Assembly (NCBI GenBank): GCA_965649825.1 | Contig: OZ287705.1 | Location: 704,214 to 768,213 of the forward strand | Reading direction: 5' to 3' | Origin: Penicillus capitatus | Lineage: Eukaryota > Plantae > Chlorophyta | DNA: 64,000 bases | Shown: positions 1 to 11,832 of the stretch, piece after piece | Position numbering within the stretch: the stretch's first letter is position 1 | Layout of the letters: every line of letters begins with the position of its first letter | Made by a program: the position numbers and the translations under genes | The notes under the pieces: model-generated | What the model was told of the DNA's origin: nothing | Seen by the model: only the letters and a program-made list of their open reading frames with translations | The model's database searches: none

Positions 1-315
1 TCCCTCCGTGACGGCAGCCTCTTTGTCGGGGATTTGCGCTCCTTCGACCAGTACGGCAACCTCGTCCTCGAAAGCTCCGTGCGACGCGAGGTGGTGGGCA
101 ATCAGTTCTGCGACATTCCCAAGGGTCTCCAGATTATTCGGGGCGAGAACATTGTGCTCTTTGGCGAAGTGGATCCCTATTGCAGCATCGCCCCGGAGCT
201 CATTCGCGTCAGCGAGGCCGAGATTCAGAGGGCCAAAGAGGCAGAGAAGGAACAGGAACGACTGAAGGGAAGCATGAGGGGTCGTTTCGATTTCTTGGAC
301 AGCGTCATGGAATGA
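1..315 (+). CDS. LSM1: Sm-like protein LSm1 (5' truncated by window edge)
   Basis: Frame open from base 1: LRDGSLFVGDLRSFDQYGNLVLE...CDIPKGLQIIRGENIVLFGEVD matches LSm1 Sm1/Sm2 motifs; TGA ends at 315. Confidence 0.9.
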   Translation, partial: SLRDGSLFVGDLRSFDQYGNLVLESSVRREVVGNQFCDIPKGLQIIRGENIVLFGEVDPYCSIAPELIRVSEAEIQRAKEAEKEQERLKGSMRGRFDFLDSVME

Positions 316-403
316 ATCGTCGTCCCGCCATCCACGATGACCCATCGATCATCATTTCGATTTAAGTGACAAGACGTGACGTGCGACAGCGCCCTGAGAC
401 GCG

Positions 404-1630
404 ATGCAGCACGATCACTTGATTTGGGAGACGATTCGGAAGGGCTGCGCTTTTAAGAGGACATTCAGCGATCGACTGTTCTGTCGCAATGAGTATAATG
501 TGACGGGTCTCTGTAATCGAGCGAGCTGTCCGCTGGCGAACAGTCGATACGCGACCGTGCGTGAAGAGCAAGCGCGATGCTATCTCTACGTCAAGACCGT
601 CGAGCGAGCGCATTCGCCAAAGAGGCTGTGGACGAAGATAAAGTGCGCGGGGACGGATATCGAGATGGACTGAAATGTCGGTGCGGTGGTGGCAGATTGA
701 GTAAGAATTATCAGAAGGCGTTGAAGCAGATCGATGACGCTTTGGAGTATTGGCCGGAGATCACGATTCACAAGAGCAAGCAGAGGCTGACCAAGATCTT
801 TCAGTATCTGCTGAGAATTCGGAAGCTATCCGAGCTGCCTCGGCCGAAGATTGTGCCCATTCAGCGAAAGTATGATAGATGCGAGGGATGGATGTTGGTT
901 CGAGCGCATCTTTGGTGGCAGTGTGGAGAAGGTGGACCGAAAGAGAGAGGCGCGTGCGGAAACGGTGGCGCGGATTGAGAATGCCATCGAAGATGAACTG
1001 CTCAAGCGATTGCAGACGGGGACGTACGGAGAGATTTACAACTTCCCGATGCACGAATACAACAAAGCAACGATTTCTGGTCACGCTTTTGCAAAGGCAA
1101 TTAAATGTGTGAGCCAGACGTTGGAGAGAGAAGTGAAGAAGGCGCGCGAAGTGGATGTCGAAGCCGACGAATTCGAAGAAGCCTACGAGAGCGAAGAAGA
1201 AGCTGAAAAAGTGTGATGCCCGCAGCGACTATGTGGTCACACTTTTCTGTGCGATGCAAGGATATCGAGTATCTCAGCGATGTGGATTTTGAACAGAGCG
1301 ATGAAGACATGGAAGATCTGGAGCAGATCCTTAAGCCTCGTCGAGCACCAAGTCCTTCAAACGGCGGCGGCGGCAGTCCCAAAGGTCATACACACGCTTC
1401 GCTTGACAAGATACCGAACATATGTGCAGCAGAGAGGCCACCAGATAAGAAGTCTCGCAGAGAGCACCAAAGGTCAGCTCTCCTGGCAGAGCGCTGCTGT
1501 CTTATTAGTGGCGATGCAAACCGTTGTCTGTTTCAGGAAACCGGTAGGAAAGAGAAAGAAGCCAAGAATCGAGCTCGAGATGGAAGAGGAGTTCTTATCG
1601 GCATCGAACGTGCAAACAGGAGAGGGTTGA
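404..1630 (+). CDS. MAK16: MAK16 60S ribosome biogenesis protein (multi-exon)
   Basis: MQHDHLIW...CRNEYNVTGLCNRASCPLANSRYATVRE...KTVERAH, LSKNYQKAL, IENAIEDELLKRLQTGTYGEIYNF, acidic tail and RIELEME; short GT-AG introns. Confidence 0.95.
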
Positions 1631-1647
1631 GTCTGTTACGGCTAGGA

Positions 1648-2650
1648 CTATTTGCATCGCCGTCTCTTGTTGTTGTCGGGCATCAGTCTGTTGATCTCAT
1701 CGATGCTGCATCCGCTCTCTTCGTCCACCTCGATGCCGATCTCTTCGAAGACTTCTTTCTTGTTTCTATTGAGATTCTCAGACAAGGCGCCCCTAACATC
1801 ACAGAGCCGCATTCCGTGGAGGAGGGATTAGAGGGGCTGACAGACCAGATTTCGGAGAAGGCAGATTTCCAGTTCTTCCACTGCCGCAGATGGTCGCGCA
1901 GTTTCTGTATGTGGAGATGAATGCAGGCACACAGGCAGACATACGGGAGAGTGTACCTTCTCAGTCGTGGCTCTCTCTTCTGGCTGCACAACAACGGACT
2001 TCTCTTTCAGCGTGGACAGTTTCTCCGTCGACTCTTCCTTCTGCAGAAATCTTTGATTTGTGCCTTCTCTTGTGCATAAACTGGCACGTCGCCGCACCTG
2101 AGTCTCCAGACGTTGGATTTCGCTCTCGATCTCTTCCAGAGTACGCATCGATTTCAAAGCCGCATACTCTAATAGATTATATCCTCGACACAGAGAGGCA
2201 GTCAAAAGCGATGTGCCTTTTTTGAGTTGATGCAATTCTTCCTCCTCTTTCTTGACGAGGGCTTTGCTCTCATTGACTTGCTGCTTCTTCGCATCCGTCT
2301 CCTGTGGACAAATGCCATAGAGATGCGCATCCGTGACGGCGCAGTACGTGCCTCTTTGGTTAGGACGTCTCGATTGGACTGGATCGGCCAGAAGATGCGC
2401 GTCTTGCCAAACTCCTATCGTCGGCAGGCATCCACGTCGCACCGTTTCGTCGACATCACGATAGGCAAGAGCGCACTTTGACGGTGATCTTTCCTTTCTC
2501 GGCCAGCGTGTCCATCGTCTTCTGGACTTGCGCCTTTTTGATTCCGAACTGCGCCACGAAATCCGCGACGACCTGGACACTGAAAGGCCGGTTCTGGTTC
2601 TGGAACAGTTCCAGAATGTGATGCTCTGCAGTGGCGGCCTTTCCTGACAT
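1648..2650 (-). CDS. HOP2: HOP2/TBPIP meiotic recombination protein (multi-exon)
   Basis: Winged-helix N-terminus ILELFQNQNRPFSVQVVAD...KKAQVQKTMDTLAEKGKITVK-EFGKTRIFW, coiled coil, W..WK.AFSEIW and EEIGIEVDE C-terminus; TAG at 1648-1650. Confidence 0.85.
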
Positions 2651-2770
2651 CTTTCTTCGAACGATCCAGTTGCTGTCGTGCGCGACAGAGACCGTGCGTG
2701 TCTAAAATGAACGGTGCGCGCACCGGCATTATGTTGTCCAATCGTGCGAAGCGGAGCAGAGCAGTTCAGC

Positions 2771-3744
2771 ATGTCGCGAGACAACACCGAGATAACGGCA
2801 AACGAAGAAGCCGAAGGACCGCCCATTCGACTCGAGAGCATTTCTCATGAGCCTTCTGGAAACAACGCCGCAGGCACGGCGCCGCTTATAGACGACGACG
2901 GCGACGCTCTCACACAATTAACCTCTGCCGTATCCAGCACCTACACTTCTGTACGCGCTCTTCTTCGACCACTGAACATATGAGACGCTCCATTGCTATA
3001 CAGTTGACGTCTTTTTTCAACCGTGGTGCCACAAATCTGTCGACGGCCACTAAGAAAGTGCGTTGAGTGATGGCATCGCATAGGAAAGGTGTGATGTGAC
3101 GGTCTGTTGTCGTGCAGCTCCCGTCTCAGGTTCAGCATCTGGCAGAGGGCGGAACAAAGGTGGTGTCTGAACTGAAAGAAGGCTTTACGGATCTCATCAC
3201 GCAAGGACTGTCGGGATTGGGAGAGGACAAGACGTGGAAGAAACCGAGTTTCGAATACCTTCAGTCGACGTACGGAATCGCCAACTCCGACGCACTGATC
3301 GCGACGTTCGTCTGCGAAACGAGACAGACCTATGGCCCGAAGCACAACACCTATTCTCCGGACATCCAGGTATGCGCCGCCATCTGTGGAGGCGATGATG
3401 GGACAGCGAGTGAGGAATGCGTCGCCTAGGTGTCGTTCCCGATCATGATCAGCGTGACGAAGGAAGCGTTGTGCTTGATGGTGGAATCTTCCGGAAATGA
3501 TCATCCGGGCAAGATCGGACGAGATGAGATCCTCGATCTCACATCCAGTAGACATCTCCTCGATATCTCACACAAAAGTGTGACCTCTCTAGATGCGGAC
3601 GCTTCTCTCAGATTGGGCCTGACGGACGATCGGCAACTGGTGCTCTCCGGTTTTGGCGATACGGAATCGAGGGTACGCGCATTCAAGTGGATGCAACAGC
3701 TCTTGCCCAAACGAACGGAAGATGCCGTTTCTTCCGCGTCCTGA
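2771..3744 (+). CDS. Hypothetical protein, possibly GRAM/PH-like C-terminal domain
   Basis: Four exons join in frame through GT-AG introns (about 2951-3001, 3060-3117, 3370-3429). LIATFVCETRQ...ISVTKEALCL loosely resembles GRAM domains. Confidence 0.6.
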
Positions 3745-3883
3745 CGATGTCGCCGCCGTCGATGATCGATGTATCCCATCGTCGTTGTATTTATTTAACG
3801 AGCGATTCTCTCCGGCATCCTCCGCCCAACAGTTCATCCCTATCGACGGTTCAGCCGCCACCTTGTACTTTGGATACACGACA

Positions 3884-4649
3884 TCATTCGTTGGTATTCT
3901 TCAGCGGCTGTTGCTGTTTTCGTGCCTTGATTTCCTCAACGAGATCTTTGTGCGTCTTTTTCTTCTTCGTTGTCTTGGGGAAGAAAGCGTCGAGCTTCTT
4001 TACTGGATCGTTCTTCTTGCCGTTCTCTTTCTTCTCAAAATGCCAGGCCAGTTCTTCCATCCCTCTCTTGCCTCCTTCGTCCCTCTCCACTTGAACCATC
4101 ATTCTGAATCGCTTGTACCGTGCGACCAGTTCTTGTTTATTGCCGTCTGTCGAGAGCTTCAACACACTGAGTTTTCTCTTCAGCTGTGCAGCAGTCAATG
4201 AATTCATGTGCAGCAACGGAGGCACTTTCAGCTCCGATCCCCCTCCCTCCGTCTCCTCTGCTTCTGTCTCCGTCTCCTTTGCTGCTGGAGGTGATGGGAC
4301 ATGTACGGTATCCTCCAACAATGTTGGCCGGATCTTCTTGTACAGCGACGTGATGCTGGAGAGTGTCACAACGGCTCGAATATCGCTCTCACCGTATCGC
4401 TGTCGACATTCTGGACAGCCGACGTCGAAATGGTGTGTCTCTGCGTAAAGCAGGTGACCCCTGAGACACGTCGAACAAACTAACAGAAACGCATCGCTCA
4501 AGAACGATGCTGGAAGGCGACGTACAGCAATGGCCGCATCGCAGAGAGACGGGCGCCGTGAAGATCTCTTTACAGATATCGCAACGGAGAGCGGCATCGA
4601 GGCGACGCATTTCCGGTCGATACGCAGGGAAGTCGTCAGCATCCGTCAT
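3884..4649 (-). CDS. RAD18: RAD18-like RING E3 ligase with SAP domain
   Basis: LDAALRCDICKEIFTAPVSLRCGH (C3HC4 RING), CPECR, and SAP motif LTAAQLKRKLSVLKLSTDGNKQELVARYKRF; no UBZ finger seen. Confidence 0.8.
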
Positions 4650-4674
4650 CTTCGCTCCTTTTTCGAAATAACGA

Positions 4675-5388
4675 TTACATTCGACCGTGACGTATTTGCT
4701 GATCGAGCTGTTCCGCCCGAAGCTGTCCAGGAAGGGACTGGACGTTCTCATTGAATAGACTATACCCACTGAGCTCTCCCGGTCGTCGCACACCCAGATT
4801 CACGACCATGATCAGGAAGATGGTGCCGAGGATGTAGATGGGACCCAGATCGTATCGAGCGGCTATCGGTGAGAGGATCATCCAGCCGACAAAGAGGAGA
4901 TAGGTGATGGGACGTATGGAGAAGATCCAATAGAGCAGCACATCTGGCAATCGCAGCTTCTCAGATAAGACACGGTACAGCCACTGCGTCAGAAATCCGG
5001 CGGACGGATCCAGACGGAACGTCATGTCGGCATCGTCAGGGTCCACCTGCTGCCGTCTCTTTGGCATCGACGGAGGCACCGTCACCAGAAAGGTATCTAC
5101 TCAGGACCACGAAGGAATGAGGGGCGTGGGGAAGGGATATCCATTATTGGACCTCCGTCTGTGAGATGCAGGGTCTCGAGATCGTCCGTCAGTGCCTTGC
5201 CTTTGAAGACGATGCGTATGGCTTGTGGTATGTCGAAGGCTTCCTGCAGTCGTTGCTTCCATTCGCCCACCTGGTTGAACAGCACCGTGTGTCGTTGTGG
5301 AGGAGGGCGGAGGTCATACAGTTATGTGCTCCGGCAGTTCGAAGTCTTTTGGAGGTCTTCCCAGCAGCAACGCCTTGATGCGAGGCAT
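4675..5388 (-). CDS. SAYSD1: Ubiquitin-like + SAYSvFN domain membrane protein
   Basis: N-terminal Ubl (VGEWKQRL...IRIVFKGKALTDD), hydrophobic hairpin, then ELSGYSLFNENVQSLPGQLRAEQLD (SAYSvFN motif); two short introns. Confidence 0.85.
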
Positions 5389-5422
5389 GGTCGATGAAAA
5401 CGACGGTGATGTTTCGAATCGA

Positions 5423-6414
5423 ATGACGACGGAATGGCGTACCGTTCGTGGCGCTGCATCACGACGCCGACGTTTTCGTCATGCCAGAGCATCGAACAGT
5501 GACGTATCCCCACAGAGACGTCCAACGCACGCAGAGGAGGTGTGGGACCCCGAAGAGATCGAACACTCACTGAGGGGACTCAGGTACAGACGCGCCGCCG
5601 ATGACACATGTGACAGAGGGGGTCGCTGTCAGGAAGAGTGTGCGAGAATCGACCATGCTTCGTCAGAATCTCGAGATGCTGAGAAGCGTATGGACGCAGG
5701 AGATGGATCTGCATGGTATTGAGGGACTCGTGGTCTATGGCCTGGGTTCGCTGCAACGTCGCCAGAGTCGTTATCAGGTGCGGTCGTGGTATGGCGAGCG
5801 TGATGACTGACTGAGCCCCACGGGCTCTCCTGTCAGTTCGCCCTTCTGCTGGAGATTCTCTCGGCGTTTCCCGCCGTCTCTGTCAGACAGGCATGCGACC
5901 CGGTCTTCACGGCAACGGATGTGACTGTTCTGCAATCGTATGGGATGGAAGTGCTGTCCGAGAATGACGGCGGCCGGCGGCCGCTGTGTCATCCCTCGCT
6001 TGTCTTTATGCCACATCTGGAGGTGACGTCTGTCAGCAGAATGCGTGCGATGACGGATGGCGTTCCTTTGCAGAGACCCTGTCTCGACAACTTCTTTGAA
6101 TCGCATGTGGAGAACAGATTTCTGCGCCAGTCGTTGATTCTGTGCAACAGTCTGTCGAAGATCGTCGAACGCGAAGAGACGTCACCTCACCCGAAAGGAC
6201 AGGCGTTGTCGCGTCTGTTAACAGACGGCGCTCTCGGTACGTTCCTTCCTCGACAGCAGCAACGTCGACCCCTGAGCGTTGTCTGTCCACAGGGAAGGTG
6301 CGCGAGATGGCTCTCATTGAGGGAGACTTGGAAAAGACGGCGGCGTTTAACGATCTCAGCTTTCATTGCGTCTTTTCCGATTCCTCTGACTCACGGACGG
6401 ACGCTTGTATTTAA
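5423..6414 (+). CDS. SRR1: SRR1-domain protein
   Basis: LVVYGLGSL...SRYQ, LVFMPHL, LILCNSLS and AFNDLSFH are SRR1-family motifs. Start Met chosen by homology pattern (MTTEWRTV). Confidence 0.85.
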
Positions 6415-6619
6415 AACGTCGCTTTTGTGATAGCTGTCTGCTTACTGTCATGATGATGAAGAGCTGAAGGATGATGGTCCAAGAAATGCCTCATTATCGT
6501 GAGAGGCACTGATGGCACGTCACATCAAAACCTACCACACGTCACATTAAACCCAACACTATAAAGGGAGGATTTTTGTCACATTGAACATCTTTGTTAG
6601 AAACGTTGTTGCGTCTTCT

Positions 6620-7950
6620 ACCGTCACGTACTTACCCATATCAAAATGCGCTTGACTCCAACAGAAAAAAGGCGTAAATGATCGCGATGCGCGAGAAAGG
6701 GTTTCTTGGAGGAAGAAGAAACGAGACGGTAAAGTTGGGGAGAAAATTTATCGTAGACGGTATACGGTCCTTGCCATTGCGGAGCAAGTTTGTTGCCGTG
6801 TGTTTGCGCGCGTTGATTGTCAAAGAGCAGCACCTGGGATCCGACTGGGTTGAGCAACGGTGAGTTTGGGACAGTTGGTGTTGTTGCTGGTGCTGCATCT
6901 GGTGATCGATTGCGGCCCAACGAGTTGCAAGAAGGTCGTGGTGTCGTAACGGATGAGGTTTGTCAGAGCAAGGTGGCTCGGGAATGGAGTGCGTGCGGGT
7001 TGATAACCGAAGGCGGTCTGCGCGGCGCTGAGTTTGGTCACCGAGTTCGGATGCGCGTTAAGCATCGCCTGAATCTGGGAAAGAGCTGATGTCCATTTGC
7101 CTTGAGTTTGAGAAGGCGTTGTATACGGCGGATGACCTCTTGATTGAGACACTCGACGGTCCCATTGCATTGTGGTCGGTATGCCGGGATAGTGCGGCCT
7201 TGGATTCCTCTGGGCGACATCCAGTTGGATAACCGATTGCCTACGAACGCTGAAGCGTTGTTGTCTGCAGACACTCGGGGTTGCCGAAGAGGGCTGTCCA
7301 TCGCTCGAGCAGTTTAATGATGGATGCCGCGTTGGCTTGCGAGGATGCCGAGAGGAGACAAAATCGGGTGCAGAGGTCCACTGCGGCGATGATATATTTT
7401 GAGGAGCCGTCAGGCTTCATTGAGCCGATGACGTCCAGGCCTACCCACTGGTTCATGTGTTGCCACGTATTGAATGACTGCGCGACGGGTGAATCGTGGC
7501 GGGCAAAGTGTTGGCACTGGGGACAGCTACGTACCCACTGTTCCATATGAGGGAGCGTCAAGAAAATAGACCATTTCCTGTAACTTCCGAGTGGTAGTCT
7601 GGATGCCGCAGTGTCCTCCATCTTCGTGCGCTCTGGCCAGCCACTGAGGAAAAGCCTGCCTGTCTAGACAGCAAGGCGTCCATAGAAGTCCGTCGGCGGA
7701 GTATTCCAGGCGTTCATGGCATAGCCGAAAAAAGGTTGCGCGGTGCTTGAGACGCGCCCGCTGCTGAGGGTTGGCGTCATCGGGACATCGGCCTGTCTTC
7801 AGATAGTTTTCCATCTGCAAGTACCACACTACCCTTGGGGTCGATCGCTATCCATGACGACAGGACGCAACCTGTACCGAATTCTCGGTCTGACGGCATC
7901 CGCATTTTTCGTACAACTGCGGGAACGAAGTGGCCGACGGTTATGGATCT
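6620..7950 (-). mobile_element. Degenerate Ty3/Gypsy LTR retrotransposon fragment (integrase region, multiple frameshifts)
   Basis: HHCC zinc finger (AHEDGGHCG...SCPQCQ), DDE core (VGLDVIG...YIIAAVDLCTRF...FGNPECLQTDN...YRPQCNGTVECLN) and GPY/F module (KLAPQWQGPY...HRDHLR) split across several frames. Confidence 0.9.
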
Positions 7951-8245
7951 AGCGCAATGACATTGTCTCTCGTGCCGTATCGAACGACAAGGACTCCAGG
8001 ATCCTGCTCAAGATCTCAATCCATAATACAAAGGATACTGCCGTTGCAATAAACATATCCAAAGCGTCGTTATTATTCTGAGCCTGCTTCATGAGTGGCT
8101 CCTTGCGCCACTCTTACTTTGTGCAAAATTGATAATTATGTGTGTTGACCCCTCCCTCCTAACATGTTTCATAAGATGTGCGGCTCGCCATCGCATCGCA
8201 TCCATCCCTCCCTCCAGGGTGTCGTTCGTTTTTCTTTCTCGCGCT

Positions 8246-10486
8246 CTAACCAGCAAGTGCTGGAGCAATTGTCTTTTCTCTCTCTTTTTCTGCATCCGGT
8301 TCTTTGTGGTACTCGGCCATAATCGTTTTGAACGAAGGAATCAATGTTTCCCTTGCATACTTGTACATGCTCTCCAATCTGTGCACACCATCCCATCGTC
8401 GCCTGTCTAGTCAAAACAGAGCGTACGTTTCTGGCCATGTGTTGTAAACGACTTGCAATGCTTTGGCGTTCTCTCTCAGCCTTCGATCGACACCTAAACA
8501 CCACCGACCGCTAAAGAGCAGTCTACGACTGAAGAGATGGTCGATTTGTAACACAGCGTTTTTCGGATGCCGTGGGCGCCGCCATAGGCGGCGACAGGGA
8601 TACGGATGATTACCTTTATCAGGGCTGAATTCGTACAGGCCAAATCGTGGCTGGTATCCCATATTCCATTCAAAATTGTCAATGAGTGTCCAATAGAAGA
8701 CACCTCGGACATCGAATCCGTGTTTAATAGCTCGGACAATCTGCTCACCAGCACAGCACGTCTTCTGTAAGGAGACGCTCGACGCACGCACGCACGCACG
8801 CACCTCGTTCATGTATCCTTTGATCATAATATGTCTCCGGTCATCTTTATCATCAGCGATGCCCGTCTCGCTGATGTAAATCGGCAACCCCAAGGAACTG
8901 GAGGCCTTGATCACTCGATAGAGCCCTAACAGGACTCCGCCATCGAACAGCCGCTCGGATCAAGGGTACCCCCTATCACCTCTGGGATGTATCGGATAGT
9001 CCATGTCTGTCATGATTTCTTTCCCAGCTTGCGGTTGCAACGTCCATCCCAATTGCACACTGTACAGAAGGCGCTGGTCGATGGGTGGTTGTTAAGAGGG
9101 GTGGGTGTCACCGTGAGTAATAGTTGATCCCCCACCAGTCACACGGTGGACGACCGTCGGGGTAGGTGTACTCGAGCGTCGTGCCAAGCAATGGCACTTT
9201 CCTACAGAGCACGCGTCAGTCGTGGTGTCCCTGTCGATGGTGTACGGTATGCCATTTAAACTGTCCAGACTTAAAGAACTTGAGAACGAGGTCCCTTCCC
9301 CACCAATAGGTCATCCACTCGGCAGCAAATCTGCACGTAAGGGTTGAGCGATGGACTGTGGTAGACGTCACATCAGATGGACTTAGAGATGGAGTTCAGG
9401 ATGGTCTGGCCCATCGGCACAAACCAGATACAGTGGTGAACAATGCCGATCTGACAATTCTTTCCACAGTCCAAGGCCTTCAACTCTTTGTAGACCTGCC
9501 GACAGACCACGCCGTTAGCGATGCTGCCAGAACCCTCTGTCAACAAACTTGGCAATGTGCCTTCAGTAAGTTCAACAGGATGACACCTGCATAGCGGAAC
9601 CTAAAACGACAGGATCTAAGGCGTTGCTTGACAGGAAGGAGATCTGTTCGACTGAAGATAGCTCCCCGGAGCATGCAGTCCAGCCATGTATGAACAGAAT
9701 GTGTAAACGGTCGGTTCATTGAACGTCGCCCAATAAATTGCACGATGCGAAAAAAGTCGAAACGCTTTGATACAGAAGCCAACGAACAACTCGATGTTTT
9801 CTTCCTTCTCGAATCCGCCTGCGCGACATTGGCCTCCCCCTCGTGGCAGGATGAGGGCGGTACCTAAGTCTTGAAACCATCCGGGATGGACGAAATGATG
9901 AAACGTCACAGACGGTACAATTCCATTCTCTTCCAGACAGTCAAAAATTTCGTTGTACCTGGGAGCAAGGAGGCAGACATCACACTTAGGTCACACTTTC
10001 ACAATGTGTGACCATCACCTAAGAATGGCATCCGTATCGTAGACGCCGCGTTGGGGTTCGATTCGAGCCCATTCCAACGAGAAACGAAAGGCATTGCAGT
10101 TCATCCTTTTCAGCAAGGCAATGTCTTCCTTGTATCTGAAGGAGGAGAGATGGGTGTGGGTGGAGCGAGAGGGTGCCGTTGCCTGTTCCAGGTGTCTGGA
10201 AATGTGTTCGTCGTGCCATCGGCGATGGTGCTTTTGAGTCCACAGTATCGACGCTCTTTTGCAAATCGTGTCCAATTCGAATCGGCGTCTCCCGAGTTCT
10301 GCCACATGGAAATGGCCACCCCTGCGAGGTCTCTGTCCGTGCGGTGTGGCGACGGTGGGGATGGTAGGTACCCTTGAGGAAACGTTTCTCCTCTGTTGCT
10401 CGGAGTTTTTTGAGGACGGCCCTTTCTGAAACGACCGTGCCAATGGAATCGTCTGACGGAAAAAAATTGTCGCCTTCGGCCTCCAT
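8246..10486 (-). CDS. Glycoside hydrolase family 1 beta-glucosidase (many exons)
   Basis: YKEDIALLKRMNCNAFRFSLEWARIEP, acid/base WATFNEP, nucleophile YISETG, YWTLIDNFEW...GYQPRFGLY. Last exon inferred to end at TAG 8246-8248. Confidence 0.9.
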
Positions 10487-10650
10487 CGCGATGCGCTGCT
10501 TCGCAAAATGCCTCGCAAATTCGCAGAGATATGACGCGCTTCAAGACATTTACCTCAAACCGTGCGTTCGTACAGAGACAAGACATACATTCACGTCCCA
10601 TCCATACAAGTGACCAAAAAGGAAGGATGGCGATGATCTTCGCGTCTCAC

Positions 10651-11832
10651 TCATTGATAAGTGTGACCTTTCAAATGATAGGCCTCGTAGGACGATCCCC
10701 TCGTCTTTTCGACAGGTATCGTGGCCATAACCGGCATGAATTGCGCAAAAACCGATGCCGCTAGTCCGCTGAGCTGAATACCGAGAAAGCCGTGCTGCTT
10801 TTCTCGATGCGTTTCTTCTCTGTCCCTACACCGCCGCCACACAGATGTACTGAGTCGACGGGAGAGATGCCGTTCTCACTCTAAGGCTTGGCAGAAGGCT
10901 TTCATCACTCGGTATTCACCGTAGGTTGTCTTTCCGTGCGAGTCCGAAGGAACCACGCGATAGACAGAAAGAGATAAAGCGGAGGAGTCGGCATCGGTGC
11001 TTTCGATCACAAAATGCAGCTCTCCGGCTGATCGAATGCGATTGTGGTCGGTCGTGATGAATGCCAGACGGACGCCCTCTGCAATGTCGTCGCACTGAAT
11101 CGCCACGATGCGACGGAAAGGAGAAAGGACAGAAGGGATGGACCTGCAGTGGCCATGGCAGAGGCAGATCGGCAGCAAAGATGAAGGTTTTGGCCCATTC
11201 CCTCAACCAAACGACGGTCTCTCGCATCTTTTCATCCCGCACTGCATCCATACCCACACGCGTGACGGACCTATGGTCCAGGAAGACGCAGAGGAGACCT
11301 GCGGCGTTCGAATGCCCTTCAAAAATTGTCCGCTGCATGACGATCTCGGCGTCTGTTAAAGGACCGATGATGCCTGGCTGGTCTTTAAAGCTTCGTTTCC
11401 ACGATCTTTCCGTCAACGGCACGGAAGCCAGTCTGCGATCGTAGCTCTGACGCAGGTGGGGATCGATCAGTGTGTGATAGGCACGATTGAGCGTAGAACT
11501 GGTTTCCTGCCATCATCCATGGTCAGGCATCTCGCCGGTGGTCAGCATAAAGGTCCGAACCTCTTGGCCGCTGACATCTGGATGATGCTGTTTCTGCAAA
11601 CGGCGAAAACTGTGTTTGATCTCCGCGACTGCAGCACAAAGAAAGCGTCAGAGCGTCGCGTAGGCGTCTGTTCTGACGGACCCGTGGCGTCCGCGTCGAT
11701 CTGCAGCACATCGTAGTAGTCGACAAAATCTCCGCTGCTTTTCTCTTTCGTTGCGCAGCGCTGCTGCGTTGGACGCGAAAGGTACACGCGTCGGACAAAT
11801 CGCGGTCGGCCGGTCAGTGGTGTTACATTCAT
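10651..11832 (-). CDS. J-domain (DnaJ-like) protein with probable plastid transit peptide
   Basis: Spliced DYYDVLQIDADATVAEIKHSFRRLQKQHHPDV...LNRAYHTLIDPHLRQSYD contains the HPD motif; Arg/Ser-rich N-terminus; unrecognised C-terminal domain. Confidence 0.8.
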
